Below are positions 9,399-19,557 of a stretch of 64,000 nt of DNA, in pieces. The position numbers and the translations under genes were made by a program. Source of the stretch: a virus (lineage: Duplodnaviria > Caudoviricetes). Under the pieces are notes generated by a model. The model saw nothing but the letters and a program-made list of their open reading frames with translations. It was not told where the DNA came from and did not search any database. How positions within the stretch are numbered: position 1 is the stretch's first letter; each line of letters opens with the position of its first letter. The DNA is taken from IMG/VR virus record IMGVR_UViG_3300043464_002149; one strand, 5' to 3'.

Positions 9399-10511
9399 AT
9401 GAGTACTGTTATAAGCGCACCAGAAAAAGAAAAACTTTATAGTCAAACATTACACCTTTTGGGTATGCCAGTAAGAGGTGTTGAGTTGACGGAAGAGCAA
9501 ATGGACTCTTTTCTTGAATTATCTGTAAATGAATATGATCAACTAGTTAGTGATTGGTTAATAGAATCTCAATGGTCTTCTTTGGCTGGTTTAGATGTTG
9601 ATACACAATCATTAACAAAGGCGTTTACAAATAGAGACATTAATTACGAAACCCAATATACCTATTCCTATTCTAAAATCGTTGGTTTACAAGCCGGTGG
9701 ATCTTGGGAATTGAAAAAAGATTATATAACCCTAAGTGGAAATACTCAAATATATGAAATCCCAGCCGGAAGAGAAATAAACGAATTATTATGGTTTACA
9801 AGAGCTGAATTAACAGACTCTATAGTTGACCCATTTTTAGGTGGTTTTGGTGGTCTTGGTGGTGTTGGTTTTGGTGGTGTGGGTGGTTTTGCTCAAATGG
9901 GGGCATCTGGTTCTTATTTCTTATTACCGGCATTCGATTTATTGTTAAGAATGCAAGATAGAAATATGAAAAACCGTTTAATTGGTGGTGATTTAACTTA
10001 TAGAATTACTGCGGGCCCTAACGGTAAAAAATACATACACTTAATGAACGTTCCTGGTGGGAAATTTGATTTCGGTTCTATACAAACAAACAATAGAGTT
10101 TGGTATTGGTACTATGACACATTTGATAGGGACACATGTCTGAAAGAAAACAAAGATGTTGTTAAATTACCTTCAGATGTAATGACAGACGAACTTCAAT
10201 GGGATGAATTGAATAAACCAGCACAAAACTGGGTAAGAAAATATCTAATGACTTACTGTAAAGAAGCATTAGGTAGAATTTATGGTAAATTCTCTGGAGA
10301 TTTAAAAGTGCCAGATAGTGATGTTAAATTAGATTATTCATCATTATTAACAGAAGCCAAAGACGAAAGACTTAAGCTTAATGAAGAATTAATGCAAAGA
10401 CTAGAAAGACTTCGCCCAGATAAAATGCTTGAAAGAAAAGGGAATGAAGCTGAGAACCTTAATAAGGCTCTCAAGTTCAGACCAATGACAAATCCATTTA
10501 ACGTTATCTAA
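9399..10511 (+). CDS. neck / head-tail adaptor protein (gp13-like)
   Basis: LGMPVRGVELTEEQMD at the N-terminus; WVRKYLMTYCKEALGRIYGKF...LDYSSLLTEAKDE at the C-terminus. Confidence 0.7.
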   Translation: MSTVISAPEKEKLYSQTLHLLGMPVRGVELTEEQMDSFLELSVNEYDQLVSDWLIESQWSSLAGLDVDTQSLTKAFTNRDINYETQYTYSYSKIVGLQAGGSWELKKDYITLSGNTQIYEIPAGREINELLWFTRAELTDSIVDPFLGGFGGLGGVGFGGVGGFAQMGASGSYFLLPAFDLLLRMQDRNMKNRLIGGDLTYRITAGPNGKKYIHLMNVPGGKFDFGSIQTNNRVWYWYYDTFDRDTCLKENKDVVKLPSDVMTDELQWDELNKPAQNWVRKYLMTYCKEALGRIYGKFSGDLKVPDSDVKLDYSSLLTEAKDERLKLNEELMQRLERLRPDKMLERKGNEAENLNKALKFRPMTNPFNVI

Positions 10512-13414
10512 TCTTCTATTGCCGCATGTAAAGCATAGTCGTGACCGTTCTTTTCAATTAGATCGTCTTCTTCATGTTTTTCTTTAACACTTTCAGCTTG
10601 AAATGAAACAACTTTTCTGTTGTACTCTACCCATTTTTGATCAACATGTTTTAAACTATCTTCAACATACATAAAGAACGGATCTCTATTAATTCTATTC
10701 CAAAATAATACTTCACCATCAGATAAAGTCATTACTTCATCTAAACTATCTTGCCCTTCTGCTTTTAAAGGAAATCCAGAAACTAATTCACATTGTTTCT
10801 TCGTGAAATAAACTCTATTAGATGGTTCATCAATTAAAATATCTTCTCTAATCTCTGGATTAAACACAACTAATAATGGTTCAATTCTTTTATTAAAATT
10901 GGTAATATAACGAGCAACATTATAATCACCAGTCATATCAGGATTATTCATTAATTCACGTTCAGAAATCATGTAACAATTAATCTTGATGTAATCCGTT
11001 GGCATATTCTTACCATGAACCTCATAATATTCCTCTTGTTGCTTCTTTGTTGCTTTTGTAATTTTTTGAACATCCCCATCTGCTTTCTTAGTACCATTAT
11101 TGACATAATATATGGTTTCACCAAGAGTTGCTGGATAATCTTTCTCAACAATTAATTCCATATGGGCTTGTCTAGCCATTGTTGCACCAGATTTTGTTAA
11201 TTTCTTACAATGTTTTTTATAATCATCAACAGATTGTTTTACACGCGATTTATTTGCAATTTTTGCTAATGGTATTTCTTTATTATATAATTTTTCTATT
11301 GTTTCATAATAAAGATTTAAAAATTCAACACCATCACCATTAAGTAAATGTTTTAAACCTTCATCTAAAAATTCAACCACATATTGTTGTAGTTTTTTAG
11401 ATTTAATTGTGTTACCAGTTAGTTTAATTTTTTCTTTACCCTTTTTAATTAATTTAATAATGTAATTTTTTCTTGATACGTTAATACAAGCTGGTGCATG
11501 ATAATCAATATCAAGTCCCATTTCATTTCTCATGAATATATCATTGAATTCAGCGGTATCGGCATCGACACCAAAATATTCTTTACCCTTTTCAACTAAT
11601 TCATTATTACCTAATCCAATATATCTGTGATCTGCAATATCTTCTGGTGTTTCAAAGTTTACACCATCAGTGTCCATAACGAGAGGTTTGTAACCTTTTT
11701 TCATGTAGAACATAATCATCATACGAAGACATTGACGACCAACACATGTAATAGTTTCACCCATATTCATATCACCCCACGGAAATACTTGAGGTGCAGA
11801 TAAAGAACCAAAATATGCGTTAATGAAAATTTTAATTGGTAATTGTTTTCTATCATACATTTCAGCTTGTACCGGATCTTTATCTTTTAAATCAGCGGCC
11901 AATCTTTTATATAAGATACGAATATTACGGAAGTATTTTAACATGGTTTTTTGTACTCCCATAATGTCACAATCTGGAAATACATCGTACACCAACTGAA
12001 TTGATGGATATAGTGATGCATAGTCAAACTTAACAATATTTTTAGAATACCCTACCGTCAATAATCTTGATAAACCTCCAGTAATACTTCTTTTTTCATC
12101 CTTAGCTGGTATTGCTAAATCGTTTTCAAACGACCAAGCTAACATGAGAATTTTCCAAAGAGTAGCGGTACCCATTGTTGCAATTCTTTCATATGTTGTT
12201 GGAATTACTTTTGATAATAAAAACGTTGATTGACTAAATGAATCATCGACAACCATAGTTTCATATAAGTCATCATCTAGATATTGCTCAATGATTTTTC
12301 TACCTGGCCAAACCTCAAACTTACCAGGATATTTTTCTAACAACCCTTCAGTACCCGGCTCACCAATTTTTTTATAACCACCTGTTTTAGGGTTAATGTA
12401 GTATGATTCATTTTCTAAATATATTTTTGAAATGAAAGCACCATCAACATACACACGATCCGGTTTTTCTTTTTCCAAATATTTGGTAATGTACTTCAAA
12501 CCCCACGATTTGATTTCAGAATTAATTGCTTGTGCTCTACGAACAGAGTGTGCAATATCAACAATACTGAATCCCCATAAAACATACTGTGTAAACGGTT
12601 CTACTTCATTTGCCAATTTTAAAACACCCTCTTTGGTTTTAATACCATCTGTGGTGAATATTTGTGTCAACTTTTTAATGTCTATACCTAAAATTTCAGC
12701 TCTTTTTAAAATAAATGGTAAGTCGAACGCAGCTGAGTTATAACCACTTATGATTGTTGGTTTTAAATCTTTAATAACTTTAAAAAATTCTTCAATACAT
12801 CTCTTTTCTCCATCCTCACCATATGCATCCAAAAGTTTTCTGTAACCACGGTTATCCTTAATACCAATAAGAATTATGTTATTCTTTTCTGGCTCAAGAC
12901 CCGTGGTCTCAATATCGAATACCATTCTGTGAACTTCATTATAATCCTCAATACCTTTAAATAATCTTTTTTTCTTCTGTATAAGATATTGTTCTACAGG
13001 TGTTAGTATAATAAATTGTGATTTAAACTTCTCCCCCCATGGATCGATACCACCATCTTTAAAAAATCTTATAAGTTCCTGATATCCCTTAAGACTCTTA
13101 ACCATGTATTTTAATCCGGCATCAAGTCTTTCATTATCACCCGTTTGTAACTTGGTACTTAAAATACCATATTCGCCCATCTTCTTTTTTTGAAGGGCTT
13201 TACTACCGCCATAAAAATTAAATTCACTTAAGTCTCCAGCCCACAGAAATGGTATAAAGGTGTCTTCTGTGACATACTTACCTCTTACTGGATCTTGTAT
13301 AATTTTGTAGATTTTATTGTCTTTGTAATCATATTCAACACCGACAATGTACTTCTCCGGATCGGAGCCATTCAAGAAGTCCTCGATAACTTCTTGAGAA
13401 ATAATCTCTTGCAT
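10508..13414 (-). CDS. family B DNA polymerase with 3'-5' exonuclease
   Basis: FDIETTG, GYNSAAFDLPFI, FDYASLYPSI, KIFINAYFG, MDTDG. ORF track starts at GTG 13435; ATG 13414 is likelier. Confidence 0.95.
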   Translation of the reverse strand: MQEIISQEVIEDFLNGSDPEKYIVGVEYDYKDNKIYKIIQDPVRGKYVTEDTFIPFLWAGDLSEFNFYGGSKALQKKKMGEYGILSTKLQTGDNERLDAGLKYMVKSLKGYQELIRFFKDGGIDPWGEKFKSQFIILTPVEQYLIQKKKRLFKGIEDYNEVHRMVFDIETTGLEPEKNNIILIGIKDNRGYRKLLDAYGEDGEKRCIEEFFKVIKDLKPTIISGYNSAAFDLPFILKRAEILGIDIKKLTQIFTTDGIKTKEGVLKLANEVEPFTQYVLWGFSIVDIAHSVRRAQAINSEIKSWGLKYITKYLEKEKPDRVYVDGAFISKIYLENESYYINPKTGGYKKIGEPGTEGLLEKYPGKFEVWPGRKIIEQYLDDDLYETMVVDDSFSQSTFLLSKVIPTTYERIATMGTATLWKILMLAWSFENDLAIPAKDEKRSITGGLSRLLTVGYSKNIVKFDYASLYPSIQLVYDVFPDCDIMGVQKTMLKYFRNIRILYKRLAADLKDKDPVQAEMYDRKQLPIKIFINAYFGSLSAPQVFPWGDMNMGETITCVGRQCLRMMIMFYMKKGYKPLVMDTDGVNFETPEDIADHRYIGLGNNELVEKGKEYFGVDADTAEFNDIFMRNEMGLDIDYHAPACINVSRKNYIIKLIKKGKEKIKLTGNTIKSKKLQQYVVEFLDEGLKHLLNGDGVEFLNLYYETIEKLYNKEIPLAKIANKSRVKQSVDDYKKHCKKLTKSGATMARQAHMELIVEKDYPATLGETIYYVNNGTKKADGDVQKITKATKKQQEEYYEVHGKNMPTDYIKINCYMISERELMNNPDMTGDYNVARYITNFNKRIEPLLVVFNPEIREDILIDEPSNRVYFTKKQCELVSGFPLKAEGQDSLDEVMTLSDGEVLFWNRINRDPFFMYVEDSLKHVDQKWVEYNRKVVSFQAESVKEKHEEDDLIEKNGHDYALHAAIED

Positions 13415-13505
13415 ATTTTTAAATTTGAGTGACACATTAGCTTACGGATTAACCGTAGTTAGCCTTTACTCAGTAAAAATACGAAAATTTAATGAGAAAA
13501 AAAAA

Positions 13506-13874
13506 TTAAATAATGTTGATAAATAGTTTTTCCTTTACAGGGGTGATAAGTTTTGTGGTTGGGTTGGAATTTGTATCTAAAAACTGCACAATAAATTTAC
13601 CTTCAAACTTACCTATTTTTGATGTTTGAGCCTCAGTGAATCTATATGTAATATAATATTCATCAGTGGTCTGATTGTATTTTTTAGTTCTTGTGGTTAA
13701 CAATGCGGTACCATTTAAAATCTCTGGCTCACCGGTTTTATGATCAACCATTTCAAATGTTATATCCGAATTCTCCAATAGATCATTGAACGACGACTTA
13801 TCATTTTTGCCGTCGTCCACTAATCTCATCTTTAATATCGGGTCAGTTGCCCCTTGTCTGATAAAAAATTCCAT
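13506..13874 (-). CDS. BppU N-terminal-like baseplate/fibre adaptor protein
   Basis: FFIRQGATDPILKMRL...YRFTEAQTSKIGKFEGKFIVQF...LITP pattern of BppU-like Ig folds. Confidence 0.5.
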   Translation of the reverse strand: MEFFIRQGATDPILKMRLVDDGKNDKSSFNDLLENSDITFEMVDHKTGEPEILNGTALLTTRTKKYNQTTDEYYITYRFTEAQTSKIGKFEGKFIVQFLDTNSNPTTKLITPVKEKLFINII

Positions 13875-14116
13875 TATTTAATTGTTAATAAAAATTGGTT
13901 TCCAGATTTAATTGGTGCAGTTTCACCTTCTTTCAATTCACGTGACATATAAAAGAATTGTTCTTTTACCACCTCAAATGGAAATTCAATTTCACCTTTA
14001 ACCACACTCTTAATGTGTTCAATTGTTAACGGTTGGTCAACGTTGAAGGTTCTTTTATATCTTTTTAATTTCTTTTCGTTCTTAACGATTAAAACGTCTA
14101 TATCTAATATTTTCAT
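13874..14116 (-). CDS. hypothetical protein
   Basis: 80-aa ORF translationally coupled to the next gene. Confidence 0.55.
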   Translation of the reverse strand: MKILDIDVLIVKNEKKLKRYKRTFNVDQPLTIEHIKSVVKGEIEFPFEVVKEQFFYMSRELKEGETAPIKSGNQFLLTIK

Positions 14117-14144
14117 AATCTATTTTATAATTTTTTTTTAATTA

Positions 14145-16244
14145 TTAATCGGTAAACCAGATGTAATCATTCTGTGTTGTTTCACCATCGTGGTCATCCA
14201 TCATAACAGATGTTATTGTATCTTCACTAACTAAGAAAAACTTTTTAATTTCTTCAACTTGGAATACTACTGTAAATCTATCTTTTGCAGTATATACAGC
14301 ATCCCAACTCGTATATTCTGTTGTGTAACTGTTTAATAATGTTCCTGTGAAATCATACAATCTTATTTTAATGTCACTATCTCCAGATTGATTATAAACC
14401 ATCATAAACTTATCCACTCCAATAAAAAACGAGGCATTAAGATATTCAGGTACAATAAATTCTGAACTAATTCCACTATTGGTTAAAACTCTACCAGTTC
14501 CATTAGTTGATGACCTTAATAACATTACACTTGGTTCTTTGAACGTAGGTACAAAAAAACTGTTTGGAGTGTTGGTATTATTATAATAACCTGTTGAAGT
14601 AAATCCTGTACTACCACTGTAAACATAATATCCGTGTTGAACATTGTCACTTGTAACATAACTTAAATATGCTACGTCACCCTGGTAATTAAGATTATAA
14701 GTATAATTACCGTCTAATGTTGGATTTAAACTATCGAGAATTGTTCCATTTGCATCAGTTAAAAAGAAAAACCATTCAAGTCCATCATCAGTGGTAAAAT
14801 ATGATATTGACCTGTTCCCAATTGATTCGTCACTAAAACTTGTTACTCCTGATACTGATTGATTAAAATCTGTAATTGTTACACCCGTGTTTGTAATTGA
14901 TAACAAACCAAGAGTGTTACCCGTTGTTTCAATTCTAAACTTAATGTTATTACCGATGTCAGGGTTGGTTGTTATTAGTCTATTAGTACCATTTGTAACT
15001 ACATATGTTGAAAATTGTGACTGACCATTTAACATATAAACAATGTCATAATGTGATCTTACCGATGTAAAATATTCTTCATTACTAGACACTGTTTTAT
15101 AAAACGCAATCGAAACACTTCCATCAACAAAATCTTGAGGCCAAAAACTATCATCACCTTCAAGGTCAACAGATGTGTAATTAACACCTCTAACGTGACT
15201 TGATAAAGTTAACGTTTCTGTTGTGTGATTATAATGAATTATTTTGTAATCGACACTATTGTCTTGAGAGTTCCAATAAACTACGCACATTTTATCTGTT
15301 CCAAGAAAAGTAAAATCTACAGAGGTATATGTTTCACCCGTAAGTGATACAGTTTCTAAAATTTCACCGTCGGTGTTATAAATTTGTAAATTTGTGTATG
15401 TACTAATTTCACCCTGTAATCTAGTTTCAACAACAATAAAATCAGTTGATGGGGAAATCATATGGTCAACATATGTACCATCTTCCCAAGTCTTGAATGG
15501 GATAGTGGTACCATCGGATTTCATAATAATTGACACACCATCTCCATTATGTGTCCATCCAGTTCCGGTTGGTACTTCCCATTCTTTTACAATAAAAGAA
15601 TTATCACCCGTAACCGCTTCATAATCCCAATCAATATCGATATAATGTGTTATGGGGTTCCAATCATAAGTGTATATCTCAGTACCGTTGAAATATTTTA
15701 ATATCCCGTTATCTTCATCTTCAAATGTAATCCATTTACCATTTAAAGTACTAAAATTATATTCTTCAGTAGCGCCACTATATTGTCCAACTATGGCATT
15801 TGACGCATCTGTGAATACTATTAACCTTTCGTCCATATTGTCTATACCTCTAAAAAGATAACCAAATCCAGATTCTGTCAATGGAAGAAGACCATCATTT
15901 TCCCAATAAGTTGAATCAACACCTAAGTTAATAACCTCGGCGGTGAAATCGTTAAAGTTTAATGTGGCAACACCATAGTTGTCTGAATTCCTCATTCTAT
16001 TAGAATGAACAAATAGTTGTGAACTTAATACTGGTTCATCTACGGTCAACGTATATGTGTAATCATACTCTGGCAGGTATAAAGAATATACACCATACGG
16101 ATGTGAGTTAATATTATTAAACGGAATCGTCTTAGTCCCAAGGTTTACCGTGGTACCTGATGTTGTTCCTGTATATGGTGTGAATGTCACCGTTGCGGTT
16201 TTACCACTTAGATTTTCACTTAATATTCTTGCACCTATTGCCAT
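14145..16244 (-). CDS. virion protein, beta-rich (possible fibre or receptor-binding protein)
   Basis: 699 aa, rich in Thr/Ser/Gly and aromatic residues; TATTTAT motif upstream at 16267-16273. Confidence 0.5.
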   Translation of the reverse strand: MAIGARILSENLSGKTATVTFTPYTGTTSGTTVNLGTKTIPFNNINSHPYGVYSLYLPEYDYTYTLTVDEPVLSSQLFVHSNRMRNSDNYGVATLNFNDFTAEVINLGVDSTYWENDGLLPLTESGFGYLFRGIDNMDERLIVFTDASNAIVGQYSGATEEYNFSTLNGKWITFEDEDNGILKYFNGTEIYTYDWNPITHYIDIDWDYEAVTGDNSFIVKEWEVPTGTGWTHNGDGVSIIMKSDGTTIPFKTWEDGTYVDHMISPSTDFIVVETRLQGEISTYTNLQIYNTDGEILETVSLTGETYTSVDFTFLGTDKMCVVYWNSQDNSVDYKIIHYNHTTETLTLSSHVRGVNYTSVDLEGDDSFWPQDFVDGSVSIAFYKTVSSNEEYFTSVRSHYDIVYMLNGQSQFSTYVVTNGTNRLITTNPDIGNNIKFRIETTGNTLGLLSITNTGVTITDFNQSVSGVTSFSDESIGNRSISYFTTDDGLEWFFFLTDANGTILDSLNPTLDGNYTYNLNYQGDVAYLSYVTSDNVQHGYYVYSGSTGFTSTGYYNNTNTPNSFFVPTFKEPSVMLLRSSTNGTGRVLTNSGISSEFIVPEYLNASFFIGVDKFMMVYNQSGDSDIKIRLYDFTGTLLNSYTTEYTSWDAVYTAKDRFTVVFQVEEIKKFFLVSEDTITSVMMDDHDGETTQNDYIWFTD

Positions 16245-16307
16245 AGTTTGTTAATTTTTGTCTATTATAAATACTTTATTTTGTTGTATCTTTTATTATT
16301 TGTTATT

Positions 16308-18956
16308 TTATAGTCCATATTTTGATTTACTTGTATTGTAGTTACCCAAAACCTGAGATGCGGTCAATGCACTATTATACACTCTAACTATACCAACACT
16401 ACCATTTAACCATTGAGGGAATTGACCACCGTTAAACGAACCAATATATAATGGACTTGTGGTATTTTTAATACTATTAAATGTGTGTGAAGTACTTCCA
16501 ATTAAACTACCATTAATATACAACGCTAAAGAATTTGTTGATACATTTGTCCACACACCTACCACTTGATACCAAGTATTAATACTTAAAGTGGACGATG
16601 TTGATGTAACACCCGCAGAACCGTTTGCCATTTCCATATATGTATTACCGTTGGAAAGAGTTCTCAAACCATACCCCCAATCCGCCGTATTACCACCATC
16701 AGTTTTTGCAATAAGAGTTCTAGTTGCTCCTGTAATTGTTGATTGATTTACCCACATTTCTATTGACCAATCACCAGCTGTTGGTTCCAATATTGGATTG
16801 TCAGGAATTGAAATTTGTGAAGAGGTTCCGTTAAATGTAAAGTATGGTGATGTGAATGTTAAATTTGACATCGTTCCGTGCATACCCACACCACTTAAAT
16901 CATTAATAGTTGTTCCGGTACCCGGATAAGATGATGTGTTAGATGGGTCATAATGTAAAATTAAACCATTTGTTGTGATACACGCAATAGTTATTGACTT
17001 CGCAATTATATTTGAAGGGTTTTCAGTTTCCCTTACAGCCACCCAAAACGTTCCACTTGATGCTGGAATTAATAAACCAGAGGCTCCACCAGTAATAGGT
17101 TGCCACGTAGATGCGTTAAGTGCAGCATTTTCTGTTGTAAACGTTCCATTACTATATTGGTAATTATTAGATGCCGAACCAACGAAATTACTAAATCTAA
17201 TTGAACCATTATTTTCACAATTACCTGAAATTGAGAAATTTAATGGAGGTATGGTCGGTGTTACTGTAGGTGTGCTCGTTGCAGTCGGGGTCGGTGTACT
17301 CGTTTCAGTCGGGGTCGGTGTACTCGTTTCAGTCGGGGTCGGTGTACTCGTTTCAGTCGGGGTCGGTGTACTCGTTTCAGTCGGGGTCGGTGTACTCGTT
17401 TCAGTCGGGGTCGGTGTTGGAGTGCTTGTTTCCGTAGGGGTCGGTGTTGGTGTACTCGTTGCCGTTGAAGTAGGGGTTGGGGTCGGTGTAGAACAAATCC
17501 AAGTAGTTACTGAACTATTATAGTTTTGTAAAACATCTGAAGATGAAATCGCACCATCCCATATTTCTAATCTACCAAATTTTAATGCAGAATATGAACC
17601 ATCGCCTAAGTTTGTACTATCTGCGGTGCCTATTGCATAATATAAACCATTACCACTTTGGTATGGTGCTTGTCTAACAACTGTTGATGAACCAGCACTT
17701 TGACCATTTACATATGCGGTTAAAGTTGTATTGTTCTGTACAAATCCAATATAGTACCAATTATTAAGAGGTGTCGATATTGATGATATTATTTCACTAC
17801 CATATGGCCAAACACTAAACTTTAATGCTCCACTAACCATTTCAATTTGTGAATCGTGCCAACCAATGTTTAAAACAGCACTACCTTGTTCACTCAATAT
17901 TACACCATTATCTGTTAAATAAACCCAAAGAAATATAGATGTATCTGTAGAATCATAAAGTGTATTAATTGAGGTGTTGGTTAAAATATATTGACTGGTA
18001 CCGTTCAACACTATTGACGAAGTACATCCATCATTTTGATATGATGGTGAACCAATTATACTTGCATTTGTGTTACCCAAAATGTCCGTAACCGTTGTTC
18101 CACTTCCAGAATATGATATTGAATCATTTATGTTTAAGTCAACAATTTTGTTATATGGAACTATTGTCGGTGTTGGTGTCGGTGTTGGTGTACTCGTTGC
18201 AGTTGGTGTCGGTGTTGGTGTACTCGTTGCAGTTGGTGTTGGTGTAGGTGTACTTGTTGGGGTTGGTGATGGTTGTAATAATGAATAACTTAAATCGTTA
18301 TTTGGTATTAATGTGTATGATAAATCTGTGTTTGGTATTAATGTATAAGTAAAATCATTATTTGGAATAATGACATATAGTAAATCATTACCAGGAATAA
18401 TCACATATGTGAAATCATTTTCTGGTATAGATGGTGTTACTGTTGGTGTTGGCGTTGCTGTAGGGGATGGGGTAGGTGTTGGTATTGAACAAGAAACATC
18501 ACCACAATCTAAAACGACCCTTAAATCATCTAAATCATAATCAAATTCTGAGCCTAAATCAAGACCTACAATTTCATAACATACACCATTTCCAAGACTA
18601 TATATTATTCCTGTTAACCCACTTGTTAAACTTCTACCTATTTTATTGTGTGTTTGATCACAATCCCTTAAAAAGTAATAATAATATGCTATTTGAGTTT
18701 CGGTTGGCGTCGGTGTAGGTGTCTCTGTTGCCGTTGGGGTTGGTGTAGAAGTCGCAGTTGGTGTTGGGGTCGGCGTTGGTGTTGCGGTATTTGTTGGTGT
18801 AGGTGTACTAGTAGCCGTAGGTGTGATAGTAAATGTAGGTGTAGGTGTTGGGGTAATAGTAAAAGTGGGTGTGGGGGTCGGTATGACTTGACCATCATTA
18901 GGTCTAACCACAAAAATTCTTGTTGCTCCAACTCTTGACGATATTTTACTAATCAT
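16308..18956 (-). CDS. virion adhesin-like protein with Pro/Thr linkers and two LamG/concanavalin-like domains
   Basis: (TP)n tracts; LamG-like segments NNWYYIGFV...LTAYVNGQ and NTWYQVVGVW...LALYINGS...VRVYNSALTASQVLGNY. Confidence 0.8.
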   Translation of the reverse strand: MISKISSRVGATRIFVVRPNDGQVIPTPTPTFTITPTPTPTFTITPTATSTPTPTNTATPTPTPTPTATSTPTPTATETPTPTPTETQIAYYYYFLRDCDQTHNKIGRSLTSGLTGIIYSLGNGVCYEIVGLDLGSEFDYDLDDLRVVLDCGDVSCSIPTPTPSPTATPTPTVTPSIPENDFTYVIIPGNDLLYVIIPNNDFTYTLIPNTDLSYTLIPNNDLSYSLLQPSPTPTSTPTPTPTATSTPTPTPTATSTPTPTPTPTIVPYNKIVDLNINDSISYSGSGTTVTDILGNTNASIIGSPSYQNDGCTSSIVLNGTSQYILTNTSINTLYDSTDTSIFLWVYLTDNGVILSEQGSAVLNIGWHDSQIEMVSGALKFSVWPYGSEIISSISTPLNNWYYIGFVQNNTTLTAYVNGQSAGSSTVVRQAPYQSGNGLYYAIGTADSTNLGDGSYSALKFGRLEIWDGAISSSDVLQNYNSSVTTWICSTPTPTPTSTATSTPTPTPTETSTPTPTPTETSTPTPTETSTPTPTETSTPTPTETSTPTPTETSTPTPTATSTPTVTPTIPPLNFSISGNCENNGSIRFSNFVGSASNNYQYSNGTFTTENAALNASTWQPITGGASGLLIPASSGTFWVAVRETENPSNIIAKSITIACITTNGLILHYDPSNTSSYPGTGTTINDLSGVGMHGTMSNLTFTSPYFTFNGTSSQISIPDNPILEPTAGDWSIEMWVNQSTITGATRTLIAKTDGGNTADWGYGLRTLSNGNTYMEMANGSAGVTSTSSTLSINTWYQVVGVWTNVSTNSLALYINGSLIGSTSHTFNSIKNTTSPLYIGSFNGGQFPQWLNGSVGIVRVYNSALTASQVLGNYNTSKSKYGL
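17284..17417. repeat. perfect 24-bp coding tandem repeat x5 plus a partial copy (GTCGGGGTCGGTGTACTCGTTTCA)
   Basis: Copies start at 17284, 17308, 17332, 17356 and 17380; encodes TETSTPTP on the minus strand. Confidence 0.9.
18281..18428 (-). repeat. five degenerate 30-bp (10-aa) coding repeats, IPxNDxxYxx
   Basis: IPENDFTYVI IPGNDLLYVI IPNNDFTYTL IPNTDLSYTL IPNNDLSYSL. Confidence 0.85.
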
Positions 18957-18962
18957 AATATA

Positions 18963-19544
18963 TTAACCAAATGTTGTAAACGTTCCTAAGATATTCCAAG
19001 ATGATCCAACTCTAAGTGCTGTTAATCCTATTACATCAGTTTTATTTGAATTACCCACTGGTTGTTCATTATTTGCCCAACTAACAGTAACACTTTCATT
19101 ATTTAATCTATATGAAGAAGCGATATATGGTGTTGATTCTTGTTTTACTATAAATGTTAATGAAATTGCACTTAAATTTTCGGTTGGTACGTTTGATACA
19201 TTATATGTGTTATTATTTAATGAATTTGTTAAATAATATACTGAACCATCGTTATAATCAAATTCATATGTTGACGTTCCACCACTAACCTCAAGCACTA
19301 TTTTTTCATTTACACTACCGATATTCAATGAACCACTAAAATTAACATTTTCTTGTACTGTTAAATTTCCATTTATAAATTGACTACCAGTGAAATGGTG
19401 TGATCCACTATCTACTAGTATTTGTCTAAGTTGATTTAAAGTGTGTTGATATGTTACCCCAGAATGAACAACGGGTGTTAATCCATTAAGCGGTAAACTT
19501 GCTAACGATCCGCTGGGTAATTGTGATATTTTTTTTCCTGCCAT
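18963..19544 (-). CDS. virion structural / fibre-associated protein
   Basis: MAGKKISQLP N-terminus typical of fibre-associated proteins; C-terminal W...P...KTDVIGLT beta domain. Confidence 0.5.
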   Translation of the reverse strand: MAGKKISQLPSGSLASLPLNGLTPVVHSGVTYQHTLNQLRQILVDSGSHHFTGSQFINGNLTVQENVNFSGSLNIGSVNEKIVLEVSGGTSTYEFDYNDGSVYYLTNSLNNNTYNVSNVPTENLSAISLTFIVKQESTPYIASSYRLNNESVTVSWANNEQPVGNSNKTDVIGLTALRVGSSWNILGTFTTFG

Positions 19545-19557
19545 TTAAATAAATATT

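Noticed and set aside
10508-13435. Intein or intron in the DNA polymerase, terminase or helicase
   Set aside because: Motif spacing is continuous; no C/S...HN splice junctions or LAGLIDADG/HNH inserts were seen.
17284-17417. 24-bp direct repeats as a CRISPR array
   Set aside because: The repeats are contiguous with no spacers, are in frame within a coding Thr/Pro linker, and no cas genes are present.
17251-18938. Val/Gly-rich or Cys/Arg/Trp-rich ORFs (17251..17523, 18070..18288, 18689..18931, 18693..18938)
   Set aside because: Alternative-frame readings of the (Thr-Pro)n repeats.
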